From Eledone cirrhosa (Eukaryota): a DNA stretch of 64,000 nt. Position numbers and translations under genes: made by a program. This document shows, piece by piece, positions 50,201 through 62,200 of the stretch. The stretch covers positions 62,001 to 126,000 of the forward strand of contig CAXHJY010000442.1 in assembly GCA_964016885.1 (NCBI GenBank), given 5' to 3'. Under the pieces are notes generated by a model. The model saw nothing but the letters and a program-made list of their open reading frames with translations, did no database searches and was not told the DNA's origin. Numbering within the stretch: position 1 is the stretch's first letter; each line of letters opens with the position of its first letter.

Positions 50201-52891
50201 CATTGGCTATGTGTGGCGTGAATTTCAGCAAGATATCTCCGTAAAATCAATAGTTGTGGCTGTGGAACCAAACCGTGTTAAACGTCAACAAAGTCCGCCG
50301 GCGAATGGTGTGCTTCGAAGAAAACGAATCCAAAAATGACGATTAGCCGGCGGATTTACCTTTTCAATCGCGGGCCGGCCGCCCGTGGTCGGATCGATCT
50401 GTAATTACTGGTACATGTGCAGACACTCATTGGCTATGTGTGGCGTGAATTTCAGCAAGATATCTCCGTAAAATCAATAGTTGTGGCTGTGGAATCAAAC
50501 CGTGTTAAACGTCAACAAAGTCCGCCGGCGAATGGTGTGCTTCGAAGAAAACGAATCCAAAAATGACGATTAGCCGGCGGATTTACCTTTTTAATCGCGG
50601 GCCGGCCGCCCGCGGTCGGATCGATCTGTAATTACTGGTACATGTGCAGACACTCATTGGCTATGTGTGGCGTGAATTTCAGCAAGATATCTCCGTAAAA
50701 TCAATAGTTGTGGCTGTGGAACCAAACCGTGTTAAACGTCAACAAAGTCCGCCGGCGAATGGTGTGCTTCGAAGAAAACGAATCCAAAAATGACGATTAG
50801 CCGGCGGATTTACCTTTTTAATCGCGGGCCGGCCGCCCGCGGTCGGATCGATCTGTAATTACTGGTACATGTGCAGACACTCATTGGCTATGTGTGGCGT
50901 GAATTTCAGCAAGATATCTCCGTAAAATCAATAGTTGTGGCTGTGGAACCAAACCGTGTTAAACGTCAACAAAGTCCGCCGGCGAATGGTGTGCTTCGAA
51001 GAAAACGAATCCAAAAATGACGATTAGCCGGCGGATTTACCTTTTCAATCGCGGGCCGGCCGCCCGTGGTCGGATCGATCTGTAATTACTGGTACATGTG
51101 CAGACACTTATTGGCTATGTGTGGCGTGAATTTCAGCAAGATATCTCCGTAAAATCAATAGTTGTGGCTGTGGAACCAAACCGTGTTAAACGTCAACAAA
51201 GTCCGCCGGCGAATGGTGTGCTTCGAAGAAAACGAATCCAAAAATGACGATTAGCCGGCGGATTTACCTTTTTAATCGCGGGCCGGCCGCCCGCGGTCGG
51301 ATCGATCTGTAATTACTGGTACATGTGCAGATACTCATTGGCTATGTGTGGCGTGAATTTCAGCAAGATATCTCCGTAAAATCAATAGTTGTGGCTGTGG
51401 AACCAAACCGTGTTAAACGTCAACAAAGTCCGCCGGCGAATGGTGTGCTTCGAAGAAAACGAATCCAAAAATGACGATTAGCCGGCGGATTTACCTTTTT
51501 AATCGCGGGCCGGCCGCCCGCGGTCGGATCGATCTGTAATTACTGGTACATGTGCAGACACTCATTGGCTATGTGTGGCGTGAATTTCAGCAAGATATCT
51601 CCGTAAAATCAATAGTTGTGGCTGTGGAACCAAACCGTGTTAAACGTCAACAAAGTCCGCCGGCGAATGGTGTGCTTCGAAGAAAACGAATCCAAAAATG
51701 ACGATTAGCCGGCGGATTTACCTTTTCAATCGCGGGCCGGCCGCCCGTGGTCGGATCGATCTGTAATTACTGGTACATGTGCAGACACTCATTGGCTATG
51801 TGTGGCGTGAATTTCAGCAAGATATCTCCGTAAAATCAATAGTTGTGGCTGTGGAATCAAACCGTGTTAAACGTCAACAAAGTCCGCCGGCGAATGGTGT
51901 GCTTCGAAGAAAACGAATCCAAAAATGACGATTAGCCGGCGGATTTACCTTTTTAATCGCGGGCCGGCCGCCCGCGGTCGGATCGATCTGTAATTACTGG
52001 TACATGTGCAGACACTCATTGGCTATGTGTGGCGTGAATTTCAGCAAGATATCTCCGTAAAATCAATAGTTGTGGCTGTGGAACCAAACCGTGTTAAACG
52101 TCAACAAAGTCCGCCGGCGAATGGTGTGCTTCGAAGAAAACGAATCCAAAAATGACGATTAGCCGGCGGATTTACCTTTTTAATCGCGGGCCGGCCGCCC
52201 GCGGTCGGATCGATCTGTAATTACTGGTACATGTGCAGACACTCATTGGCTATGTGTGGCGTGAATTTCAGCAAGATATCTCCGTAAAATCAATAGTTGT
52301 GGCTGTGGAACCAAACCGTGTTAAACGTCAACAAAGTCCGCCGGCGAATGGTGTGCTTCGAAGAAAACGAATCCAAAAATGACGATTAGCCGGCGGATTT
52401 ACCTTTTCAATCGCGGGCCGGCCGCCCGTGGTCGGATCGATCTGTAATTACTGGTACATGTGCAGACACTTATTGGCTATGTGTGGCGTGAATTTCAGCA
52501 AGATATCTCCGTAAAATCAATAGTTGTGGCTGTGGAACCAAACCGTGTTAAACGTCAACAAAGTCCGCCGGCGAATGGTGTGCTTCGAAGAAAACGAATC
52601 CAAAAATGACGATTAGCCGGCGGATTTACCTTTTTAATCGCGGGCCGGCCGCCCGCGGTCGGATCGATCTGTAATTACTGGTACATGTGCAGATACTCAT
52701 TGGCTATGTGTGGCGTGAATTTCAGCAAGATATCTCCGTAAAATCAATAGTTGTGGCTGTGGAACCAAACCGTGTTAAACGTCAACAAAGTCCGCCGGCG
52801 AATGGTGTGCTTCGAAGAAAACGAATCCAAAAATGACGATTAGCCGGCGGATTTACCTTTTTAATCGCGGGCCGGCCGCCCGCGGTCGGAT
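47217..52891 (+). repeat. 6-monomer duplication nested in a 14-monomer duplication; boundaries approximate
   Basis: T101 at 47317, 48679, 50495 and 51857, and T34 monomers at 47898, 49260, 51076 and 52438, both show monomer spacings of 6, 8, 6. Confidence 0.7.
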
Positions 52892-55800
52892 CGATCTGTA
52901 ATTACTGGTACATGTGCAGACACTCATTGGCTATGTGTGGCGTGAATTTCAGCAAGATATCTCCGTAAAATCAATAGTTGTGGCTGTGGAACCAAACCGT
53001 GTTAAACGTCAACAAAGTCCGCCGGCGAATGGTGTGCTTCGAAGAAAACGAATCCAAAAATGACGATTAGCCGGCGGATTTACCTTTTTAATCGCGGGCC
53101 GGCCGCCCGCGGTCGGATCGATCTGTAATTACTGGTACATGTGCAGACACTCATTGGCTATGTGTGGCGTGAATTTCAGCAAGATATCTCCGTAAAATCA
53201 ATAGTTGTGGCTGTGGAACCAAACCGTGTTAAACGTCAACAAAGTCCGCCGGCGAATGGTGTGCTTCGAAGAAAACGAATCCAAAAATGACGATTAGCCG
53301 GCGGATTTACCTTTTCAATCGCGGGCCGGCCGCCCGTGGTCGGATCGATCTGTAATTACTGGTACATGTGCAGACACTTATTGGCTATGTGTGGCGTGAA
53401 TTTCAGCAAGATATCTCCGTAAAATCAATAGTTGTGGCTGTGGAACCAAACCGTGTTAAACGTCAACAAAGTCCGCCGGCGAATGGTGTGCTTCGAAGAA
53501 AACGAATCCAAAAATGACGATTAGCCGGCGGATTTACCTTTTTAATCGCGGGCCGGCCGCCCGCGGTCGGATCGATCTGTAATTACTGGTACATGTGCAG
53601 ATACTCATTGGCTATGTGTGGCGTGAATTTCAGCAAGATATCTCCGTAAAATCAATAGTTGTGGCTGTGGAACCAAACCGTGTTAAACGTCAACAAAGTC
53701 CGCCGGCGAATGGTGTGCTTCGAAGAAAACGAATCCAAAAATGACGATTAGCCGGCGGATTTACCTTTTTAATCGCGGGCCGGCCGCCCGCGGTCGGATC
53801 GATCTGTAATTACTGGTACATGTGCAGACACTCATTGGCTATGTGTGGCGTGAATTTCAGCAAGATATCTCCGTAAAATCAATAGTTGTGGCTGTGGAAC
53901 CAAACCGTGTTAAACGTCAACAAAGTCCGCCGGCGAATGGTGTGCTTCGAAGAAAACGAATCCAAAAATGACGATTAGCCGGCGGATTTACCTTTTTAAT
54001 CGCGGGCCGGCCGCCCGCGGTCGGATCGATCTGTAATTACTGGTACATGTGCAGACACTCATTGGCTATGTGTGGCGTGAATTTCAGCAAGATATCTCCG
54101 TAAAATCAATAGTTGTGGCTGTGGAACCAAACCGTGTTAAACGTCAACAAAGTCCGCCGGCGAATGGTGTGCTTCGAAGAAAACGAATCCAAAAATGACG
54201 ATTAGCCGGCGGATTTACCTTTTCAATCGCGGGCCGGCCGCCCGTGGTCGGATCGATCTGTAATTACTGGTACATGTGCAGACACTCATTGGCTATGTGT
54301 GGCGTGAATTTCAGCAAGATATCTCCGTAAAATCAATAGTTGTGGCTGTGGAATCAAACCGTGTTAAACGTCAACAAAGTCCGCCGGCGAATGGTGTGCT
54401 TCGAAGAAAACGAATCCAAAAATGACGATTAGCCGGCGGATTTACCTTTTTAATCGCGGGCCGGCCGCCCGCGGTCGGATCGATCTGTAATTACTGGTAC
54501 ATGTGCAGACACTCATTGGCTATGTGTGGCGTGAATTTCAGCAAGATATCTCCGTAAAATCAATAGTTGTGGCTGTGGAACCAAACCGTGTTAAACGTCA
54601 ACAAAGTCCGCCGGCGAATGGTGTGCTTCGAAGAAAACGAATCCAAAAATGACGATTAGCCGGCGGATTTACCTTTTTAATCGCGGGCCGGCCGCCCGCG
54701 GTCGGATCGATCTGTAATTACTGGTACATGTGCAGACACTCATTGGCTATGTGTGGCGTGAATTTCAGCAAGATATCTCCGTAAAATCAATAGTTGTGGC
54801 TGTGGAACCAAACCGTGTTAAACGTCAACAAAGTCCGCCGGCGAATGGTGTGCTTCGAAGAAAACGAATCCAAAAATGACGATTAGCCGGCGGATTTACC
54901 TTTTCAATCGCGGGCCGGCCGCCCGTGGTCGGATCGATCTGTAATTACTGGTACATGTGCAGACACTCATTGGCTATGTGTGGCGTGAATTTCAGCAAGA
55001 TATCTCCGTAAAATCAATAGTTGTGGCTGTGGAACCAAACCGTGTTAAACGTCAACAAAGTCCGCCGGCGAATGGTGTGCTTCGAAGAAAACGAATCCAA
55101 AAATGACGATTAGCCGGCGGATTTACCTTTTTAATCGCGGGCCGGCCGCCCGCGGTCGGATCGATCTGTAATTACTGGTACATGTGCAGACACTCATTGG
55201 CTATGTGTGGCGTGAATTTCAGCAAGATATCTCCGTAAAATCAATAGTTGTGGCTGTGGAACCAAACCGTGTTAAACGTCAACAAAGTCCGCCGGCGAAT
55301 GGTGTGCTTCGAAGAAAACGAATCCAAAAATGACGATTAGCCGGCGGATTTACCTTTTTAATCGCGGGCCGGCCGCCCGCGGTCGGATCGATCTGTAATT
55401 ACTGGTACATGTGCAGACACTCATTGGCTATGTGTGGCGTGAATTTCAGCAAGATATCTCCGTAAAATCAATAGTTGTGGCTGTGGAACCAAACCGTGTT
55501 AAACGTCAACAAAGTCCGCCGGCGAATGGTGTGCTTCGAAGAAAACGAATCCAAAAATGACGATTAGCCGGCGGATTTACCTTTTCAATCGCGGGCCGGC
55601 CGCCCGTGGTCGGATCGATCTGTAATTACTGGTACATGTGCAGACACTCATTGGCTATGTGTGGCGTGAATTTCAGCAAGATATCTCCGTAAAATCAATA
55701 GTTGTGGCTGTGGAATCAAACCGTGTTAAACGTCAACAAAGTCCGCCGGCGAATGGTGTGCTTCGAAGAAAACGAATCCAAAAATGACGATTAGCCGGCG

Positions 55801-56296
55801 GATTTACCTTTTTAATCGCGGGCCGGCCGCCCGCGGTCGGATCGATCTGTAATTACTGGTACATGTGCAGACACTCATTGGCTATGTGTGGCGTGAATTT
55901 CAGCAAGATATCTCCGTAAAATCAATAGTTGTGGCTGTGGAACCAAACCGTGTTAAACGTCAACAAAGTCCGCCGGCGAATGGTGTGCTTCGAAGAAAAC
56001 GAATCCAAAAATGACGATTAGCCGGCGGATTTACCTTTTTAATCGCGGGCCGGCCGCCCGCGGTCGGATCGATCTGTAATTAGTGGTACATGTGCAGACA
56101 CTCATTGGCTATGTGTGGCGTGAATTTCAGCAAGATATCTCCGTAAAATCAATAGTTGTGGCTGTGGAACCAAACCGTGTTAAACGTCAACAAAGTCCGC
56201 CGGCGAATGGTGTGCTTCGAAGAAAACGAATCCAAAAATGACGATTAGCCGGCGGATTTACCTTTTCAATCGCGGGCCGGCCGCCCGTGGTCGGAT

Positions 56297-59200
56297 CGAT
56301 CTGTAATTACTGGTACATGTGCAGACACTCATTGGCTATGTGTGGCGTGAATTTCAGCAAGATATCTCCGTAAAATCAATAGTTGTGGCTGTGGAAACAA
56401 ACCGTGTTAAACGTCAACAAAGTCCGCCGGCGAATGGTGTGCTTCGAAGAAAACGAATCAAAAAATGACGATTAGCCGGCGGATTTACCTTTTCAATCGC
56501 GGGCCGGCCGCCCGTGGTCGGATCGATCTGTAGTTACTGGTACATGTGCAGACACTCATTGGCTATGTGTGGCGTGAATTTCAGCAAGATATCTCCGTAA
56601 AATCAATAGTTGTGGCTGTGGAACCAAACCGTGTTAAACGTCAACAAAGTCCGCCGGCGAATGGTGTGCTTCGAAGAAAACGAATCCAAAAATGACGATT
56701 AGCCGGCGGATTTACCTTTTTAATCGCGGGCCGGCCGCCCGCGGTCGGATCGATCTGTAATTACTGGTACATGTGCAGACACTCATTGGCTATGTGTGGC
56801 GTGAATTTCAGCAAGATATCTCCGTAAAATCAATAGTTGTGGCTGTGGAACCAAACCGTGTTAAACGTCAACAAAGTCCGCCGGCGAATGGTGTGCTTCG
56901 AAGAAAACGAATCCAAAAATGACGATTAGCCGGCGGATTTACCTTTTTAATCGCGGGCCGGCCGCCCGCGGTCGGATCGATCTGTAATTACTGGTACATG
57001 TGCAGACACTCATTGGCTATGTGTGGCGTGAATTTCAGCAAGATATCTCCGTAAAATCAATAGTTGTGGCTGTGGAACCAAACCGTGTTAAACGTCAACA
57101 AAGTCCGCCGGCGAATGGTGTGCTTCGAAGAAAACGAATCCAAAAATGACGATTAGCCGGCGGATTTACCTTTTCAATCGCGGGCCGGCCGCCCGTGGTC
57201 GGATCGATCTGTAATTACTGGTACATGTGCAGACACTCATTGGCTATGTGTGGCGTGAATTTCAGCAAGATATCTCCGTAAAATCAATAGTTGTGGCTGT
57301 GGAATCAAACCGTGTTAAACGTCAACAAAGTCCGCCGGCGAATGGTGTGCTTCGAAGAAAACGAATCCAAAAATGACGATTAGCCGGCGGATTTACCTTT
57401 TCAATCGCGGGCCGGCCGCCCGTGGTCGGATCGATCTGTAATTACTGGTACATGTGCAGACACTCATTGGCTATGTGTGGCGTGAATTTCAGCAAGATAT
57501 CTCCGTAAAATCAATAGTTGTGGCTGTGGAACCAAACCGTGTTAAACGTCAACAAAGTCCGCCGGCGAATGGTGTGCTTCGAAGAAAACGAATCCAAAAA
57601 TGACGATTAGCCGGCGGATTTACCTTTTTAATCGCGGGCCGGCCGCCCGCGGTCGGATCGATCTGTAATTACTGGTACATGTGCAGACACTCATTGGCTA
57701 TGTGTGGCGTGAATTTCAGCAAGATATCTCCGTAAAATCAATAGTTGTGGCTGTGGAACCAAACCGTGTTAAACGTCAACAAAGTCCGCCGGCGAATGGT
57801 GTGCTTCGAAGAAAACGAATCCAAAAATGACGATTAGCCGGCGGATTTACCTTTTCAATCGCGGGCCGGCCGCCCGTGGTCGGATCGATCTGTAATTACT
57901 GGTACATGTGCAGACACTTATTGGCTATGTGTGGCGTGAATTTCAGCAAGATATCTCCGTAAAATCAATAGTTGTGGCTGTGGAACCAAACCGTGTTAAA
58001 CGTCAACAAAGTCCGCCGGCGAATGGTGTGCTTCGAAGAAAACGAATCCAAAAATGACGATTAGCCGGCGGATTTACCTTTTTAATCGCGGGCCGGCCGC
58101 CCGCGGTCGGATCGATCTGTAATTACTGGTACATGTGCAGATACTCATTGGCTATGTGTGGCGTGAATTTCAGCAAGATATCTCCGTAAAATCAATAGTT
58201 GTGGCTGTGGAACCAAACCGTGTTAAACGTCAACAAAGTCCGCCGGCGAATGGTGTGCTTCGAAGAAAACGAATCCAAAAATGACGATTAGCCGGCGGAT
58301 TTACCTTTTTAATCGCGGGCCGGCCGCCCGCGGTCGGATCGATCTGTAATTACTGGTACATGTGCAGACACTCATTGGCTATGTGTGGCGTGAATTTCAG
58401 CAAGATATCTCCGTAAAATCAATAGTTGTGGCTGTGGAACCAAACCGTGTTAAACGTCAACAAAGTCCGCCGGCGAATGGTGTGCTTCGAAGAAAACGAA
58501 TCCAAAAATGACGATTAGCCGGCGGATTTACCTTTTTAATCGCGGGCCGGCCGCCCGCGGTCGGATCGATCTGTAATTACTGGTACATGTGCAGACACTC
58601 ATTGGCTATGTGTGGCGTGAATTTCAGCAAGATATCTCCGTAAAATCAATAGTTGTGGCTGTGGAACCAAACCGTGTTAAACGTCAACAAAGTCCGCCGG
58701 CGAATGGTGTGCTTCGAAGAAAACGAATCCAAAAATGACGATTAGCCGGCGGATTTACCTTTTCAATCGCGGGCCGGCCGCCCGTGGTCGGATCGATCTG
58801 TAATTACTGGTACATGTGCAGACACTCATTGGCTATGTGTGGCGTGAATTTCAGCAAGATATCTCCGTAAAATCAATAGTTGTGGCTGTGGAACCAAACC
58901 GTGTTAAACGTCAACAAAGTCCGCCGGCGAATGGTGTGCTTCGAAGAAAACGAATCCAAAAATGACGATTAGCCGGCGGATTTACCTTTTCAATCGCGGG
59001 CCGGCCGCCCGTGGTCGGATCGATCTGTAGTTACTGGTACATGTGCAGACACTCATTGGCTATGTGTGGCGTGAATTTCAGCAAGATATCTCCGTAAAAT
59101 CAATAGTTGTGGCTGTGGAACCAAACCGTGTTAAACGTCAACAAAGTCCGCCGGCGAATGGTGTGCTTCGAAGAAAACGAATCCAAAAATGACGATTAGC

Positions 59201-62200
59201 CGGCGGATTTACCTTTTTAATCGCGGGCCGGCCGCCCGCGGTCGGATCGATCTGTAATTACTGGTACATGTGCAGACACTCATTGGCTATGTGTGGCGTG
59301 AATTTCAGCAAGATATCTCCGTAAAATCAATAGTTGTGGCTGTGGAACCAAACCGTGTTAAACGTCAACAAAGTCCGCCGGCGAATGGTGTGCTTCGAAG
59401 AAAACGAATCCAAAAATGACGATTAGCCGGCGGATTTACCTTTTTAATCGCGGGCCGGCCGCCCGCGGTCGGATCGATCTGTAATTACTGGTACATGTGC
59501 AGACACTCATTGGCTATGTGTGGCGTGAATTTCAGCAAGATATCTCCGTAAAATCAATAGTTGTGGCTGTGGAACCAAACCGTGTTAAACGTCAACAAAG
59601 TCCGCCGGCGAATGGTGTGCTTCGAAGAAAACGAATCCAAAAATGACGATTAGCCGGCGGATTTACCTTTTCAATCGCGGGCCGGCCGCCCGTGGTCGGA
59701 TCGATCTGTAATTACTGGTACATGTGCAGACACTCATTGGCTATGTGTGGCGTGAATTTCAGCAAGATATCTCCGTAAAATCAATAGTTGTGGCTGTGGA
59801 ATCAAACCGTGTTAAACGTCAACAAAGTCCGCCGGCGAATGGTGTGCTTCGAAGAAAACGAATCCAAAAATGACGATTAGCCGGCGGATTTACCTTTTCA
59901 ATCGCGGGCCGGCCGCCCGTGGTCGGATCGATCTGTAATTACTGGTACATGTGCAGACACTCATTGGCTATGTGTGGCGTGAATTTCAGCAAGATATCTC
60001 CGTAAAATCAATAGTTGTGGCTGTGGAACCAAACCGTGTTAAACGTCAACAAAGTCCGCCGGCGAATGGTGTGCTTCGAAGAAAACGAATCCAAAAATGA
60101 CGATTAGCCGGCGGATTTACCTTTTTAATCGCGGGCCGGCCGCCCGCGGTCGGATCGATCTGTAATTACTGGTACATGTGCAGACACTCATTGGCTATGT
60201 GTGGCGTGAATTTCAGCAAGATATCTCCGTAAAATCAATAGTTGTGACTGTGGAACCAAACCGTGTTAAACGTCAACAAAGTCCGCCGGCGAATGGTGTG
60301 CTTCGAAGAAAACGAATCCAAAAATGACGATTAGCCGGCGGATTTACCTTTTTAATCGCGGGCCGGCCGCCCGCGGTCGGATCGATCTGTAATTACTGGT
60401 ACATGTGCAGATACTCATTGGCTATGTGTGGCGTGAATTTCAGCAAGATATCTCCGTAAAATCAATAGTTGTGGCTGTGGAACCAAACCGTGTTAAACGT
60501 CAACAAACTCCGCCGGCGAATGGTGTGCTTCGAAGAAAACGAATCCAAAAATGACGATTAGCCGGCGGATTTACCTTTTCAATCGCGGGCCGGCCGCCCG
60601 TGGTCGGATCGATCTGTAATTACTGGTACATGTGCAGACACTCATTGGCTATGTGTGGCGTGAATTTCAGCAAGATATCTCCGTAAAATCAATAGTTGTG
60701 GCTGTGGAACCAAACCGTGTTAAACGTCAACAAAGTCCGCCGGCGAATGGTGTGCTTCGAAGAAAACTAATCCAAAAATGACGATTAGCCGGCGGATTTA
60801 CCTTTTCAATCGCGGGCCGGCCGCCCGTGGTCGGATCGATCTGTAATTACTGGTACATGTGCAGACACTCATTGGCTATGTGTGGCGTGAATTTCAGCAA
60901 GATATCTCCGTAAAATCAATAGTTGTGGCTGTGGAACCAAACCGTGTTAAACGTCAACAAAGTCCGCCGGCGAATGGTGTGCTTCGAAGAAAACGAATCC
61001 AAAAACGACGATTAGCCGGCGGATTTACCTTTTTAATCGCGGGCCGGCCGCCCGCGGTCGGATCGATCTGTAATTACTGGTACATGTGCAGATACTCATT
61101 GGCTATGTGTGGCGTGAATTTCAGCAAGATATCTCCGTAAAATCAATAGTTGTGGCTGTGGAACCAAACCGTGTTAAACGTCAACAAAGTCCGCCGGCGA
61201 ATGGTGTGCTTCGAAGAAAACGAATCCAAAAATGACGATTAGCCGGCGGATTTACCTTTTTAATCGCGGGCCGGCCGCCCGCGGTCGGATCGATCTGTAA
61301 TTACTGGTACATGTGCAGATACTCATTGGCTATGTGTGGCGTGAATTTCAGCAAGATATCTCCGTAAAATCAATAGTTGTGGCTGTGGAACCAAACCGTG
61401 TTAAACGTCAACAAAGTCTGCCGGCGAATGGTGTGCTTCGAAGAAAACGAATCCAAAAATGACGATTAGCCGGCGGATTTACCTTTTCAATCGCGGGCCG
61501 GCCGCCCGTGGTCGGATCGATCTGTAATTACTGGTACATGTGCAGACACTCATTGGCTATGTGTGGCGTGAATTTCAGCAAGATATCTCCGTAAAATCAA
61601 TAGTTGTGGCTGTGGAACCAAACCGTGTTAAACGTCAACAAAGTCCGCCGGCGAATGGTGTGCTTCGAAGAAAACGAATCCAAAAATGACGATTAGCCGG
61701 CGGATTTACCTTTTTAATCGCGGGCCGGCCGCCCGCGGTCGGATCGATCTGTAATTACTGGTACATGTGCAGACACTCATTGGCTATGTGTGGCGTGAAT
61801 TTCAGCAAGATATCTCCGTAAAATCAATAGTTGTGGCTGTGGAACCAAACCGTGTTAAACGTCAACAAAGTCCGCCGGCGAATGGTGTGCTTCGAAGAAA
61901 ACGAATCCAAAAATGACGATTAGCCGGCGGATTTACCTTTTTAATCGCGGGCCGGCCGCCCGCGGTCGGATCGATCTGTAATTACTGGTACATGTGCAGA
62001 CACTCATTGGCTATGTGTGGCGTGAATTTCAGCAAGATATCTCCGTAAAATCAATAGTTGTGGCTGTGGAACCAAACCGTGTTAAACGTCAACAAAGTCC
62101 GCCGGCGAATGGTGTGCTTCGAAGAAAACGAATCCAAAAATGACGATTAGCCGGCGGATTTACCTTTTCAATCGCGGGCCGGCCGCCCGTGGTCGGATCG

